From Eledone cirrhosa (taxonomy: Eukaryota): a stretch of DNA of 64,000 bases. Position 1 is the stretch's first letter, and every line of letters begins with the position of its first letter. Shown here one piece after another: positions 50,521-62,455 of the stretch. The notes beneath the pieces were generated by a model, which saw nothing but the letters and a program-made list of their open reading frames with translations, searched no databases and was not told the origin of the DNA. The translations under genes and the position numbers were made by a program. Location of the stretch: contig OZ024747.1 of the NCBI GenBank assembly GCA_964016885.1, positions 88,288,001 to 88,352,000 on the forward strand. Direction: 5' to 3'.

Positions 50521-52024
50521 TAAAACAGGAACTTTTTTATAGACTGCTTTGAAATAAAAATATAGCAGAATTTATCTAATGTTCCGTGTTTAAATTCCAG
50601 TAGCATTTGAACTCAGCACGTTAAAGTAAGAAACTCAATATACTAAGTCTTTTAGTCCGACATTCCATTGCTTTGCCAACCCAGCGTCTTCATAATATCC
50701 AGACTATCGAAAAGAAAGTATGAATAACATAAGGAAAGTATTCCAATACCAGCTAAATTGAAAATAATTTGATTTTAATGATAAAAGTATATACAAAGAA
50801 AGTTATGTATAATATATACATATATAAAACCGATAAAGAATAGCCGAGAAAAAAAAAAAGATAACGAGTGTTTTTCTTTTCTTTTTGAAAACGATTTAAG
50901 GTCGGCTTAAATATTTTTGGCTAAATGCTCCATGAGTTAGCAAAGAATAATTTTGAGCTGGAATCTTTTGTAAGATTATGTATATTTCATAAATTTATGT
51001 ACATATATTTACATGCATTATGGACCATTGTACGCATGCGTGCACACGGTTTATTGTCTTTTGAATATAGCATTCGAACATTGTGCTATATGTACGATAA
51101 AAGTTTTTCTGAGTGATTACTCTCTGAAAGGTTGAGATAAGCGAAAATATCAGCATATTCTTGTTTTGACGGAAGAATCACAATACATTTTGTTTAGAAA
51201 GTTGAAATCAATCATTAATGTGTGTTTGGTATTTTTGTCGTTATTATTGTATCCTTTGTTGCCGTATGTTTTGATTTTATTATTGCTATTACTGTTGTTG
51301 CTATTAGTGGTGGTATCATGGAGATTTCTATTGTAGCAAACATGCAAGCCAGGGGTTGAAATATTCAAACTCATTACTGTAACGTTACAAACATGATGAG
51401 TTAGTCACCAATACTGGTGTTGTCAGTCGAAATGAATGTGGATAAAAATTACGCATTATACAATTAATTTGGGTTGACAATATCGTCTCAGCTTTCTTCA
51501 GTGACTAATCAGGTTTCAAACGATATGCAAACTATAGCGATTGTTATGGGTGTGTTTTCATCATCGCAGTTGCCTACTGCTGTTGATGATATATTATTTA
51601 TAAAAGCACATTTTAGACTTATTAGTGTTCTAATATGAACATGTCCACAACCAGAAATTGCTTCAAATTTTATACAAAATTGATAATTTAGAGGAAGTAA
51701 TTATGGCTACATAAACTCATATAGTTATACGCCCACAAAGATACTCTCGCAAACACGTAGATAAATATATAATCATTGATTTATATGTAAATGTTTATGC
51801 AAATAACCAAATAAATCAATAAAAACATTTTCCGCTTGTATCCATGCGTCTCTGTAACAAAACAGCGACGTGTCTTACACGCTTTTATAGTATGTGTCAA
51901 TCATCAGTTCTAGAGATAAGGATTAAATTAACCGAGGAATTTCCGTCCATTCGAGATTATTCTCATTAAATAATAGAAAGCAATATAGTCATAACTACTG
52001 AGTAAAATAAAAAATGATGTACGC

Positions 52025-52935
52025 CAGGGCTGCCGAAACCTATTTCTCAATAATACCAAAATCTTTAAAAAGTACCAAAATATACAAAAACGTATCAAAT
52101 CCAATTACATCAATATGAAACCCCATAAACGTTAAAAAAGAAAATGTTTTACATTTACTTTATATATTTAAATTCAAAAGAAATGTCCTCTTCCACACTT
52201 TTCTTGCTGTACCAGTTTCATTTTTATAGTTTGAGACAAAGTTGCTGTTTTGGATGCCACTTAGTGCAGTCAACAGTTTGCAGCAGAGACTTTGACCTTA
52301 GCAAGGCACTAAATGCTGGTGATTTTAAAGCATTGAGATTTTTTGTTTTCGTGTTGTTGAGAAAGGAAAAAAAAACAAACTCTGCAGCTACTGAAGAATG
52401 TGAGAACGAAAGAGGTTGCATCGCAACATATGACACCTCATTTTTCTCGAGATACAAGAAACCAGTATTTCTCAGGCTCATTGTGTGCATAAAGAGATGA
52501 ATCTTGCAGAGTCAATTCCCTCCACTCTCTATTTATTTGTTGATATTGGTCTCCATGCACAAAGTTGGAAAATTTCATTGCTAATGGTATGATCGATTTT
52601 AGTTTACCTTCAATAACATTGGTCGGGTCTAAAGCTTCAAGTATACCTAAATTTGTAAACATATCACATGAGAAGAAGTTGCATCGTTTGGTTTGAAAGG
52701 CACACATAGAAACTCAATTCTTGTAACTACTTTTGGGAAATGGTGGTAGAGATTTCTATCAAAATACTTTCTGCAGTCGAACAATAATAGATGTTTTCTA
52801 TTTTAAGGTATATAGAAGAATCATTGACTTAACTGATATCATTCGGTTTCAGTAACTCTTTTTTGATGAAGTTACTGAGAATAGCTTTCATTCCGATGTT
52901 AAAAGACTTTTGTAATTTATAAATTGTATATGTTT
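52025..52935 (-). mobile_element. hAT transposase 3' remnant with terminal repeat
   Basis: EALDP...EWREL...PEKYW and LSFSHSSVAAEFVFFSFLNNTKTKNLNAL resemble the hAT dimerisation motif; CAGGGCTGCC terminus at 52025. Confidence 0.8.
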
Positions 52936-53156
52936 CCCTAGGTGGTTCGCCCACCATTGGAAAACTCATTTTCCTATATTTTCCTATATTTTTATATATT
53001 TTTATATATTTTTATATATTTTTATTATTAATTGTTTTTTTTATTGTGTATTTTACTCAATTTTATTGTAATCCCCCAACTGCCCCTGTCTTTGTATTGT
53101 CCCCTATATGTCGGCCACTGTGGCCAATAAATGAAACCATTATTATTATTTTTAGA

Positions 53157-53342
53157 GGGCGGTGGATTGGCAGTATTGGTAGAGGGTCGGACGCCATGCT
53201 TTGACTATAGAGTTACGGCCCTTGCCATTCTGAGTTCAAATCCCGCCAAGGTTAACTTTGCCTTTCATCCTTACGGGGTCGATAAAATAAAGTACCAGTA
53301 ATGCACTGGGTAATTGCTGGCCTTGTGCCTAACGTAGAAACA

Positions 53343-53345
<3 letters not shown>
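53157..53345 (+). mobile_element. SINE family A
   Basis: Full-length match followed by (ATT)n. Confidence 0.9.
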
Positions 53346-53377
<32 letters not shown>

Positions 53378-53725
53378 GTCTAGTTGTGTTTATTGTTCAT
53401 TAGTTGTGCATTAATAAAACATGTTGAGAGAAGACGGGCAAGCATGACAAAATGGTGTTCTTCAGCTGCAAATGTTTTGGAGGGAAACAAAGAAAGAGAA
53501 GACAAAATTTGCTCCATTTACGTTTATGGAAAATGACACTAACAGTGAGAATGGAATTAAAACTAATCCCATATATTACTATTGAATTTCATTTGGTCAT
53601 ATTTTGTCTGAGCATTTTAAATATTTCCGATGTTTCTCATTGTTGCATATTGTACACGGATAAGAACTGCACATGACAAATAGAAAGGAAGAACACACAG
53701 TAACGAAGCAACAATAATAAAACAA

Positions 53726-53758
<33 letters not shown>

Positions 53759-53933
53759 CGAAACTAGTAGTACTAAGAAAGATGATAATCTTGATGATAT
53801 TGATGAATTGATGATAATGATAGTGATAAAATGGTATGGGGAAATATACTTCGTGAATAAGGAATAACAAGGCATAGTCGGTTCCATATATATATGTTTA
53901 TATATATATATATGTGCGTGTGTGTTTGAGTGA

Positions 53934-53986
<53 letters not shown>

Positions 53987-54033
53987 ATTCCCTCCATATA
54001 GTGTATCGATTGTGTGTTGTTATTTCTGTTTAC

Positions 54034-54081
<48 letters not shown>

Positions 54082-54443
54082 ATATATATATATATATATG
54101 CATAACTAATTACTTTTGAAAACAACGGTTTTTTCTATCTATCCCCCTATATTTTATGTTCCCTCTCTTTTGTCGTTATTTCTCCTTTCTTCATCTTCTA
54201 TTCATCCATCCATTTATTTATTTTTATTCATTTAAATATTTATGTATGTATTTATTTATTTTTTCTTGCCTTTCTCCTCTTTACACCCTCTCTTATATCT
54301 CTAATTCGCTCCACGTCCTTTTCTTCTTTAAGTTTATCATATTATTATTTGTGGTATATAAATGTTGAGATTTGATGAAATAAATCACTGCCAATACAGG
54401 AATTGAAATATCAAGACCGTAGAGGTATGTCATATATCAAATC

Positions 54444-54510
54444 ATATATTTTCTCTGACGAGGACGTACTGAAAAAACAACACGGTACCTTCGAAATATA
54501 TATAATAAAG
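54444..54510 (+). ncRNA. Minimal type I hammerhead motif (weakened stem I)
   Basis: TTTTCT-CTGACGA-GGACGTACTG...CGGTACCTTC-GAAA-TATATA-TA-ATAAAG, ending just before (TA)n. Confidence 0.6.
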
Positions 54511-54640
54511 CATATATTTTGAATAATATTATATATATATATATATATATATACGTAGGTCCCGGGTTGAGTCGGGGATAACCACAGTAAGTAAGGTACT
54601 CAATACATGGCAGAGTAAAATTTTTTTATTTTATAGAAGG

Positions 54641-54691
54641 AGCTTCTACAGGACTAGTACTGTTTCATTCAGATGAAATCTTCAGGAAGCT
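54641..54691 (-). ncRNA. Type I hammerhead motif within a 140-bp insert (54553-54692) in (TA)n
   Basis: AGCTTC-CTGAAGA-T TTC atct GAA T-GAAA-CAG tactagtc CTG-TA-GAAGCT. Confidence 0.75.
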
Positions 54692-54704
54692 GATATATAT
54701 ATAT

Positions 54705-54903
54705 AACGAAGGAAATGTGGTAAGGAACCAGATGGACCATAACGCACCAAAGTACTCAATACTTAGAGTAGTAGAGTGGGTAATAGGAACAAGTAGGACC
54801 CCAACGGCTGAGCTCAAGCCGTTTCGACGGCTAATTCTGGACGAATTAGTCCAGAATTAGCCGTCGAAACGGCTTGAGCTCAGCCGTCGGGGTCCTACTT
54901 GTT

Positions 54904-54908
<5 letters not shown>
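54705..54908 (-). mobile_element. Fold-back mini-insert (half-hammerhead family), copy 2
   Basis: Near-perfect ~60-bp inverted arms around the loop GAATTA; (TA)n flanks. Confidence 0.85.
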
Positions 54909-54944
<36 letters not shown>

Positions 54945-54946
<2 letters not shown>

Positions 54947-55112
54947 CGAAGGAAATGTGGTAAGGAACCAGGTGGACCATAACGCACCAAAGTACTCAAT
55001 ACTTAGGGTAGTAGAGTGGGTAATAGGAACCAGTAAGACCCCGACGGCTGAGCTCAAGAATTAGCCGTCGAAACGGCTTGAGCTCAGCCGTCGGGGTCTT
55101 ACTGGTTCCTAT
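54945..55112 (-). mobile_element. Fold-back mini-insert (half-hammerhead family), copy 3
   Basis: Same family with a shorter left arm; (TA)n flanks. Confidence 0.85.
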
Positions 55113-55311
55113 ATATATATACACACATATCATGTGAGTGTGTGTGTGTGTGTGTGTAAAATATATAATGTAAAAATAATGTATCCGTTTCAATGATTAG
55201 CTGTTAATACGATCAATTGATACAGTGCTTTGATATATCTTACAACATTCTCAGTTCAAATCCATCCATCTTTGATATTCTTCTTTCCACGGCTCGATGA
55301 GATAAAGTCTG

Positions 55312-55559
55312 GGCTTTGCGTTGTGTTCTTGAGCAAGACACTTTATTTCACATTGCTGCAGTTTACTCAGCTATAGAAATGAGTTGCGACGTCACTGGTG
55401 CCAAGCCGTATCAGCCTTTGCCTTTCGCTTGGACAACATCGGTGGTGTGGAGAGAGGAGGCTGGTATGTATGGGTAACTACTGGGCTTCCACAAACAACC
55501 TTGTCCTGACTTGTGCCTCGGAAGGGAATTTTCTAGGTACAAATCCTTCGGGGTCTTTA

Positions 55560-55560
<1 letters not shown>
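55312..55560 (+). mobile_element. SINE family B body and tail
   Basis: GCGTTGTGTTCTTGAGCAAGACACTTTATTTCAC...GAGTTGCGACGTCACTGGTGCCAAG...GGGGTCTTTAC. Confidence 0.8.
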
Positions 55561-55616
<56 letters not shown>

Positions 55617-56550
55617 TTAAATATGATTTGAATATGATATATTCAAATATGATATATTTAAATATGATATATATGTATATATTTAAATAAGATATTTTGC
55701 TCTGCTTATAATACGATTGTTAAACTATCTCTCTTTCCATCTAATCGCATGGCTCCCTAGTCTAGCCATCTATATGCATTGAGCACACTAACCTTCTCTC
55801 TACTGGCTAGTAATCTGCATAACTAATCACTTTTCTCTCCTCCTGATTAGCTTACTTGCTTTTTACTCTGTTTATATATATTCCTGAGTTGGTTTTCTCG
55901 TTGCTTTGGTACATGCGGCTGGCTCACCGGTCACAGTCTTCAACTTGTCAAGCTTTCTAACGTATGTTATTACTCTAAGGTGACACTACCTTATCGAGTG
56001 CTTTGCTGCACATTCCCGATTGCATATCGTTAGCTTGGCCACAACCAGAGCTTCGATTTTACTGATCTTCCATTTGTATATATATATATCAAGATGAGGG
56101 TACACGAAGCTAAACATTAATGACGATCCACGGTTATAACAAAGGAAGATTCGAAATAGATTATATAAAATAGATTATATAAAAGGAGAACATAAATATA
56201 AAACTCAGCTTTAGGACAAATAAAATATATAGAGAAACACATGAAGACAACTAAAGAAGACCAATGCAACCGCATTTGATAACGTAAACAGAATTCAGCT
56301 TATATAAGGCTTATATTCCAATATAGAAATGTCATTTGCAAAATATAACAATTTGCTCCAATGAATGAAATGTTATGGAAAAAAAATAATATAACTAAAT
56401 AGAGAGAAGCATGTATAAAATAAAAAAATAATAAAGAAACATCACCAAAGATGAAGAGCTAAACATAAAACTAAAGCTGAATCACACACAAAAAGGAAAA
56501 AAAAAAAAGAAATATATAAGCAACGAAGATAATCATACATGTAGAACTAA

Positions 56551-57055
56551 TAATTGTTTCTACTTTTGGCGCAAGGCCAGCAATTAACCAGTGCATTACT
56601 GGTACTTTATTTTATCGACTTCGAAAGGATGAAAAGCAAAGTTGACCTCGGCGGGATTTGAACTCCGGGAGCACAGAGCTGGAACGAATACCATAAAGCA
56701 TTCTATCCGACGTTCTAACGACTCTGCCAATTCGCAGCCATAGAACTAATAATAGTTTCTTATATAGGCACAAGGCCAGAACATTTTTTTTTGGGGGGGG
56801 TCGATTAAATCGACCCCAGTGCGTGACTGGTACTTTATTTTATCAACCCCGTAAAGATGAAAGGCAAAGTTAACCTACGCGGGATTTGAACTCAAACCGT
56901 AAGGAACCGTAACTCTTTGCTGCTAGGCATGGCGTTCGATCCTCTACCGATACTGCCACTAATAATTGTTTCTACTTTTGGCACAAGGCCAGCAATTACC
57001 TAATGCATTACTGGTACTTTATTCTATCGACCCCGGAAGGATGAAAGGCAAAGTT
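56551..57055 (-). mobile_element. Three adjacent SINE family A copies
   Basis: Tails start at ~56551, ~56753 and ~56963. Confidence 0.88.
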
Positions 57056-57181
57056 ATAACTAAATGTGAGCTAATAAGTACAACACCAAAGAAGAAGAAT
57101 TCAGAAGATAAAGAAACATAATAAACACAAACGAAATGGAATAGAAAATACACTCACACACAACAACAACAGTAACTAACA

Positions 57182-57678
57182 TTTATATATATAAAAGTGA
57201 GGATGTGTGTGTCTGTGTACAACTTGGCATGCATAAGGCTTTCACAATTACCAACTGAATTTGACCAAATTTTATGTGCAAGTTGCACAGGTCGCTAAGA
57301 TTGTTACATCACAAGCATTTTTCAAATCGACCCACGTTGAGCAATAAAAAATCGATATCAAAATTATATGCCCCGTATTAACTTTTTGTACTTTAGCAAA
57401 ACTGCTTTTTGTACTTTAGTAAAACTGTTTTTTTTTACAAATTTTCAACGTGTATTGTCTTTAATCATTTGTATAACTACATCCTGTTCAGTGTTTTCCT
57501 TCATTATCAGCATAGTTTTATGTGTACAAAGATTGCACTAAATATTCGTTTGCATTAATTATTGAAGACTTCTGCTTATTTTGCCAGGTTGGGGACAAAT
57601 AATGTTCTTCTTTTACTTCCTAGCTGTATATTCTTAGCATAATTTCAAACCCCGAGCAACGCCGGGTAAATCTGCTAG
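57182..57678 (+). mobile_element. Non-autonomous Helitron
   Basis: A|TTTATATATATAAAAGTGAGGATG 5' end, hairpin CCCGAGCAACGCCGGG, CTAG|T end. Confidence 0.85.
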
Positions 57679-57854
57679 TCATATATAAAGCAATAAATAT
57701 CAATACAAATATGAAGAACTTATCAAAGATGATAAGGTAAGAATAAGAAGAAATATGGAAAAGAAAAATGTTTCAACTATGATAGGGTACATAAAATACA
57801 AAAAGAAAAAAAAAATTAACTTAAAAAAAGAAGAAAAAATGATAAAAAACCCCC

Positions 57855-58250
57855 TCATCTGGGATCACACTTGCAGCGGCACATTCTTCAGCGGCAACCT
57901 GATGCAGTCTATGACTAACCCAGGCTCTGCTGCACTTCTGGCCGAGGAGGGTAAATTCTCCAAATATCGGTCGCTCTCTGACAGGTTTGCGGCTGAGACC
58001 GTTGCAGTGGAGACTCCTGGTGTCCTTGGTCCTAGGGCCACCTCCCTACTCACCACCACCGGCACAGAGTTGGCTTCCTGCAGGTATGAGCCTCGCGAGC
58101 TGGACTGGCTTTTCCAGCGCGTCTCGTTCCCCATTCTCCGAGGAAATGCTTTCTTTATTCTGTCCGCGAGATAGACGTAGGCAGTGACAGTGAGAGTTTG
58201 GCTCCTTTGTGTTCGGACCTGGTGTATATAAATATATTTCACAGGCACAC
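57855..58250 (+). mobile_element. CRE-clade LINE 3' end (REL domain)
   Basis: LIWDHTCSGTF...AEEGKFSKY...VAVETPGVLGP...LFQRVSFPILRGNAFFILS. Confidence 0.85.
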
Positions 58251-58314
58251 ACTTCCAGTCTACACAATATATAACTCAAGATAAAGAACTAATAATTCTT
58301 TTTAGCATTTGCAG

Positions 58315-58502
58315 TTTGAGAGAAAGGGAAAGTCGATTATATCGAAATCTGTACTTAGCTGGCACTTTATTCTATCGACCCTTGGAAGGATGAAAGGCAA
58401 ATTTGATCTTAGAGGGATTTGAAATCCGAACGTAGAGAGCCGTAATTAAATGCTGCAAAGTATTTTGTCCGATGTTCTACAGGTACTGCCATTCCATTGC
58501 CA
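58315..58502 (-). mobile_element. SINE family A, diverged
   Basis: Core GGATGAAAGGCAAA and degenerate head. Confidence 0.8.
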
Positions 58503-59176
58503 TAGAAAGATGTAATAATATAACCAATGAAAACTCAGTAGTTTCCAACAAAGATAAAGAACAACACATACAGCCAGAGATGACCAACGAACAATATAAC
58601 CGAATATGAACATTCAAGTATATAACCATAACTGAAGAACTACGAATATAACCACAGATGAAGTATTAAATAGATAATAAATATAGATGGCCATCTAAGA
58701 ATAGAACTAAAGATGAATAACTATGGATAGGATAGATGTTTACTAAGAATACAAATACAAATACAAATACAAATAAGGAACGAAAAGTCTAACCAAGCAA
58801 GAAGAGCACAAAGTAAGCTAAAATTAAAATATACAAGAATTAAACCAAACTACAAAGCTGAAGAAGAGAATAAAAGAGCAACAGAACAGAAGATATACAC
58901 GGAATAATCTTTCTAATCCGTATTATAATGACTGTACTGCATGGTCGTGTCCGTCTGTCATACAGTCACTACGATCTGGAGGAAAATAATCTTAGAATTC
59001 TTATTTAGAATTCATGCAACAAAAGAAAGTAAAAAAAAACAAACTGGGAAATGTCTTAAATGTTTCCATTTATTGGTCAACCCAAAGTACGACGACGTAT
59101 TGGGATTAGACCCAAACACTTTTTGTTACGAAGCTAACTCCTTATACCATGTCTGCACACACATATATATATATAT

Positions 59177-59359
59177 AACGAAGGAAGTGTGGTAAGGAAC
59201 CAGATGGACCATAACGCACCAGAGTACTCAATACTTAAGGTAGTAGAGTGGGTAATAGGAAAATGTTAGACCCCGACGGCAGAGCTCAAGCCGTTTCGAC
59301 GTCCAGAAATAGCCGTCAAAGCGGCTTGAGCTCTGCCGTCGGGGTCTAACATTTTCCTA
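59177..59359 (-). mobile_element. Fold-back mini-insert (half-hammerhead family), copy 4
   Basis: Same unique segment and inverted arms; (TA)n on the left. Confidence 0.85.
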
Positions 59360-61091
59360 AAGACCCATAGTATAATTTTCTCTAAGAACGTATTGCTTAA
59401 TAGAAAATCGGAAATCTTTTCTTCCTGTCCACATGCTATCTCTAATTCCTTCTTCTATTATAAACCTATAAGCTCAGGTAGTTGAATTTTTTTTTTTTTG
59501 GAATCACACTTTCCTATTCTGGTTTGGACGTCTTATCTAGATATCTTTTATATTTTATATTTTTTATTTTTATTCTTATTTTTACTATTATTAGTTTTCT
59601 ACGGTTTATTGATTTTAGTTTTCTAGTTCTTTTAGCTGTTTTAGCCTATTTAACACCTTGTCCATTATTATATTTTTACTCATCCTTTGTCGACTTATAT
59701 GTTTCCATCTTTATATTCATCCTTGGTTGGAGTGTATCTTATTGCCTCCTTAAATAGCTAATAGTTTAATTTTAGTCTTCTACATCTACGGTTAATGAAC
59801 CTTATTCTTTCTACACTTAATCTTCGCCTTATTGAATATATATATATATTATACTTTTATGTTCCTTCTTGTCCTCCATAGTTTTACTTCTTTCTGTTCC
59901 CCTTTGTCTACCATAGTTTTAATTGTAATTTTTACTTTGGATAACGTCAGTCGTCGCAACGGAAATCAATATATCTTCGATGATTGTATTAGCTTATTTA
60001 TTGAAATATTTTAATCTCTATCGACATTGGTGACTTAAATTTTGTTCCATATGGAGTGCCCAATAATGTTTATTCAACTATTATACGATTAATTAAATTA
60101 ATAAGGGTTTCAATTCAATTTTTTGATTTTGAATAGTTGTATCTTTTATTTTCACCTAACAGCCTGTTGCGCCTACGCGATTTTGTGTTTGTGTTTGTTT
60201 TTTGTTTTCGTTTTGTTTTGCTATCATATGCTTTGCTTCTGTCTGTCGTTCCTATCTTCTATCACTTATGTCCATGAATATATTGTGTAAATATGTTTTA
60301 AAACTTTCTCCCTTGCTATTGCGTGTCTGGTATTGAAATATCAATATGTAATATTATATGTATTTGAATTATATGTATGTCTCTGGTATTGAAATATTGA
60401 TATGTAATATTATATGTTTTTGAATTGCCTATATCTCCGTATATTTATTGTATTTATATATATATATATATTTTTTTTTTCACCATACTTTATTTTTTTA
60501 TTGTATGGTATTATTATTATTATTTTTTTTACCCTGTGGAATACATTATGTTTTTATACACGTTTTGTTGAATACGTTTGGTACGTACGATGTATTTATA
60601 TATTTTTTTAATGTCAATATATTATTTTCATTGATTTTAGTATTGTTTAATCACACCGTCTGGGTGATTATTCTATTATAATGCTTATATTTATATATTT
60701 GTGTTAATATACGTATGTGTAAATGTGTATATATGTGTCGGAGTGCGTGTAGATATATATATATACATTAAATTTTTATTTCTGTATTATGTATTGTATT
60801 GTATTATATATTATATTATAATTTTTATATCTTATTTCTCGCATTATATTACTATGTTGTATTTCAAGTATATTGTACTTTTAACGTGGGTATTTCAAGT
60901 ATATTGTACTTTTAACGTGGGTTTGTTTAATGTTTGCTTGCTCTCTTGCCCTATAGTCTTTATTTACAAATGCACCCCATTAGGTTTAACATGTCTTTCC
61001 ATGATAATTTTCCTGAATTTTCCTTAATATCCATTCACTATTCTTCTGAATTTTGGCTTGTTCTAGCCGATGATATTTCTAGTCTTTTTCC

Positions 61092-61136
61092 TTGCTCTGA
61101 TGAGTCCTAATTAATGGGACGAAACATCGTCAGCAA
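61092..61136 (+). ncRNA. Canonical minimal type I hammerhead ribozyme
   Basis: TTGCT-CTGATGA-GTCCT aattaat GGGAC-GAAA-CATCG-TC-AGCAA. All core residues are present; GUC cleavage is predicted after 61131. Confidence 0.9.
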
Positions 61137-61303
61137 TTAAAGATTTTTAATGCATTAAGGCTTCTTTGTTAATTTTTATATAATAAATATATATATATAT
61201 ATATATATATTCATTAGTTAAGCAAAACAAGACCACACATTTCACAAGGAAGACATTATTAAAAGATTGTCAACATATTTTAGTTTGATGTAAGGAATGT
61301 AGA

Positions 61304-61341
<38 letters not shown>

Positions 61342-61344
61342 TCC

Positions 61345-61463
61345 GTTTACAATTGTTTCGCTACTCCATATAATATTTCTGGATCAAATGACTATATATC
61401 ATTATTGATCTGGTTCAATTGAAAATAATTAACATATTTAAAAACAGAGTGGCTCATCGGAAC
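61345..61463 (-). ncRNA. Degenerate hammerhead motif with long stem II insert
   Basis: GTT-CCGATGA-GCCACTCT...GGAGTAGC-GAAA-CAATTG-TA-AAC; U4C change; inside an insert bounded by (TA)n. Confidence 0.55.
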
Positions 61464-61620
61464 TTCAAAGGAATATAAATTAAGATAAGGAGAGAATGTT
61501 ACATAATGTAATATTCCATATATTGGTATTCACTATGCCTTTACGCTTTGGCTTCTAACTAATTCACCAATCTCTGCTCTCCTATCTTCATCTCTCTCTT
61601 TAAGATTGGTTACTCTTGAA

Positions 61621-61698
<78 letters not shown>

Positions 61699-61779
61699 TA
61701 ATAATAATAAATGTGATGACTAAAATCCAAAGAGGACTCGATAAGGATAAATATATATCAAATATATCAATTTATTGTT

Positions 61780-61828
<49 letters not shown>

Positions 61829-61897
61829 GATTTGATATATACATATATAAAGATTTAATATAGGACTAGAACTATTCCATTTGTATGAAATCAGGGT

Positions 61898-61945
61898 ATT
61901 CCTGATGATTTCATACGAATGAAATAGTTCTAGTCCTGTAGAAGT
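61898..61945 (+). ncRNA. Type I hammerhead motif (same family as 54641) with upstream inverted partial copy
   Basis: TTC-CTGATGA-T TTC atac GAA T-GAAA-TAG ttctagtc CTG-TA-GAA; 61860-61893 is an inverted partial duplicate. Confidence 0.7.
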
Positions 61946-62045
61946 CTTTTTCTATATTAAATATTCGTTGTTCTCACTCTACTTATGTATTTAGTACCTT
62001 ATTTACTTTTGTTACTCCTGATTCTACTCGGGAATATATATATAT

Positions 62046-62097
<52 letters not shown>

Positions 62098-62124
62098 GTA
62101 TGTGTGTGTTTATGTATATATGTA

Positions 62125-62157
<33 letters not shown>

Positions 62158-62220
62158 TATAAATATACATATATGTATGTATATATGTAATATATATACA
62201 TATATGTATGTATATATGTA

Positions 62221-62276
<56 letters not shown>

Positions 62277-62379
62277 ATATATATAACAATGTTTAAGAGA
62301 CTGTTTACATAATTGCAAACGAATCGAATATTATTATTAATATTCGAAAAACTGAGATTTACATTTCATATATATATAT

Positions 62380-62455
<76 letters not shown>

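Noticed and set aside
51860-51915. Minus-strand CTGATGA as a further hammerhead
   Set aside because: No correctly placed GAAA or pairing stems.
57755-58174. 139-aa ORF as a host gene
   Set aside because: A-rich flank fused by chance to a CRE retrotransposon endonuclease fragment.
59482-61027. Hydrophobic F/I/L/Y-rich ORFs resembling membrane or mitochondrial proteins
   Set aside because: Product of T-rich low-complexity sequence; no recognisable motifs of mitochondrial genes.
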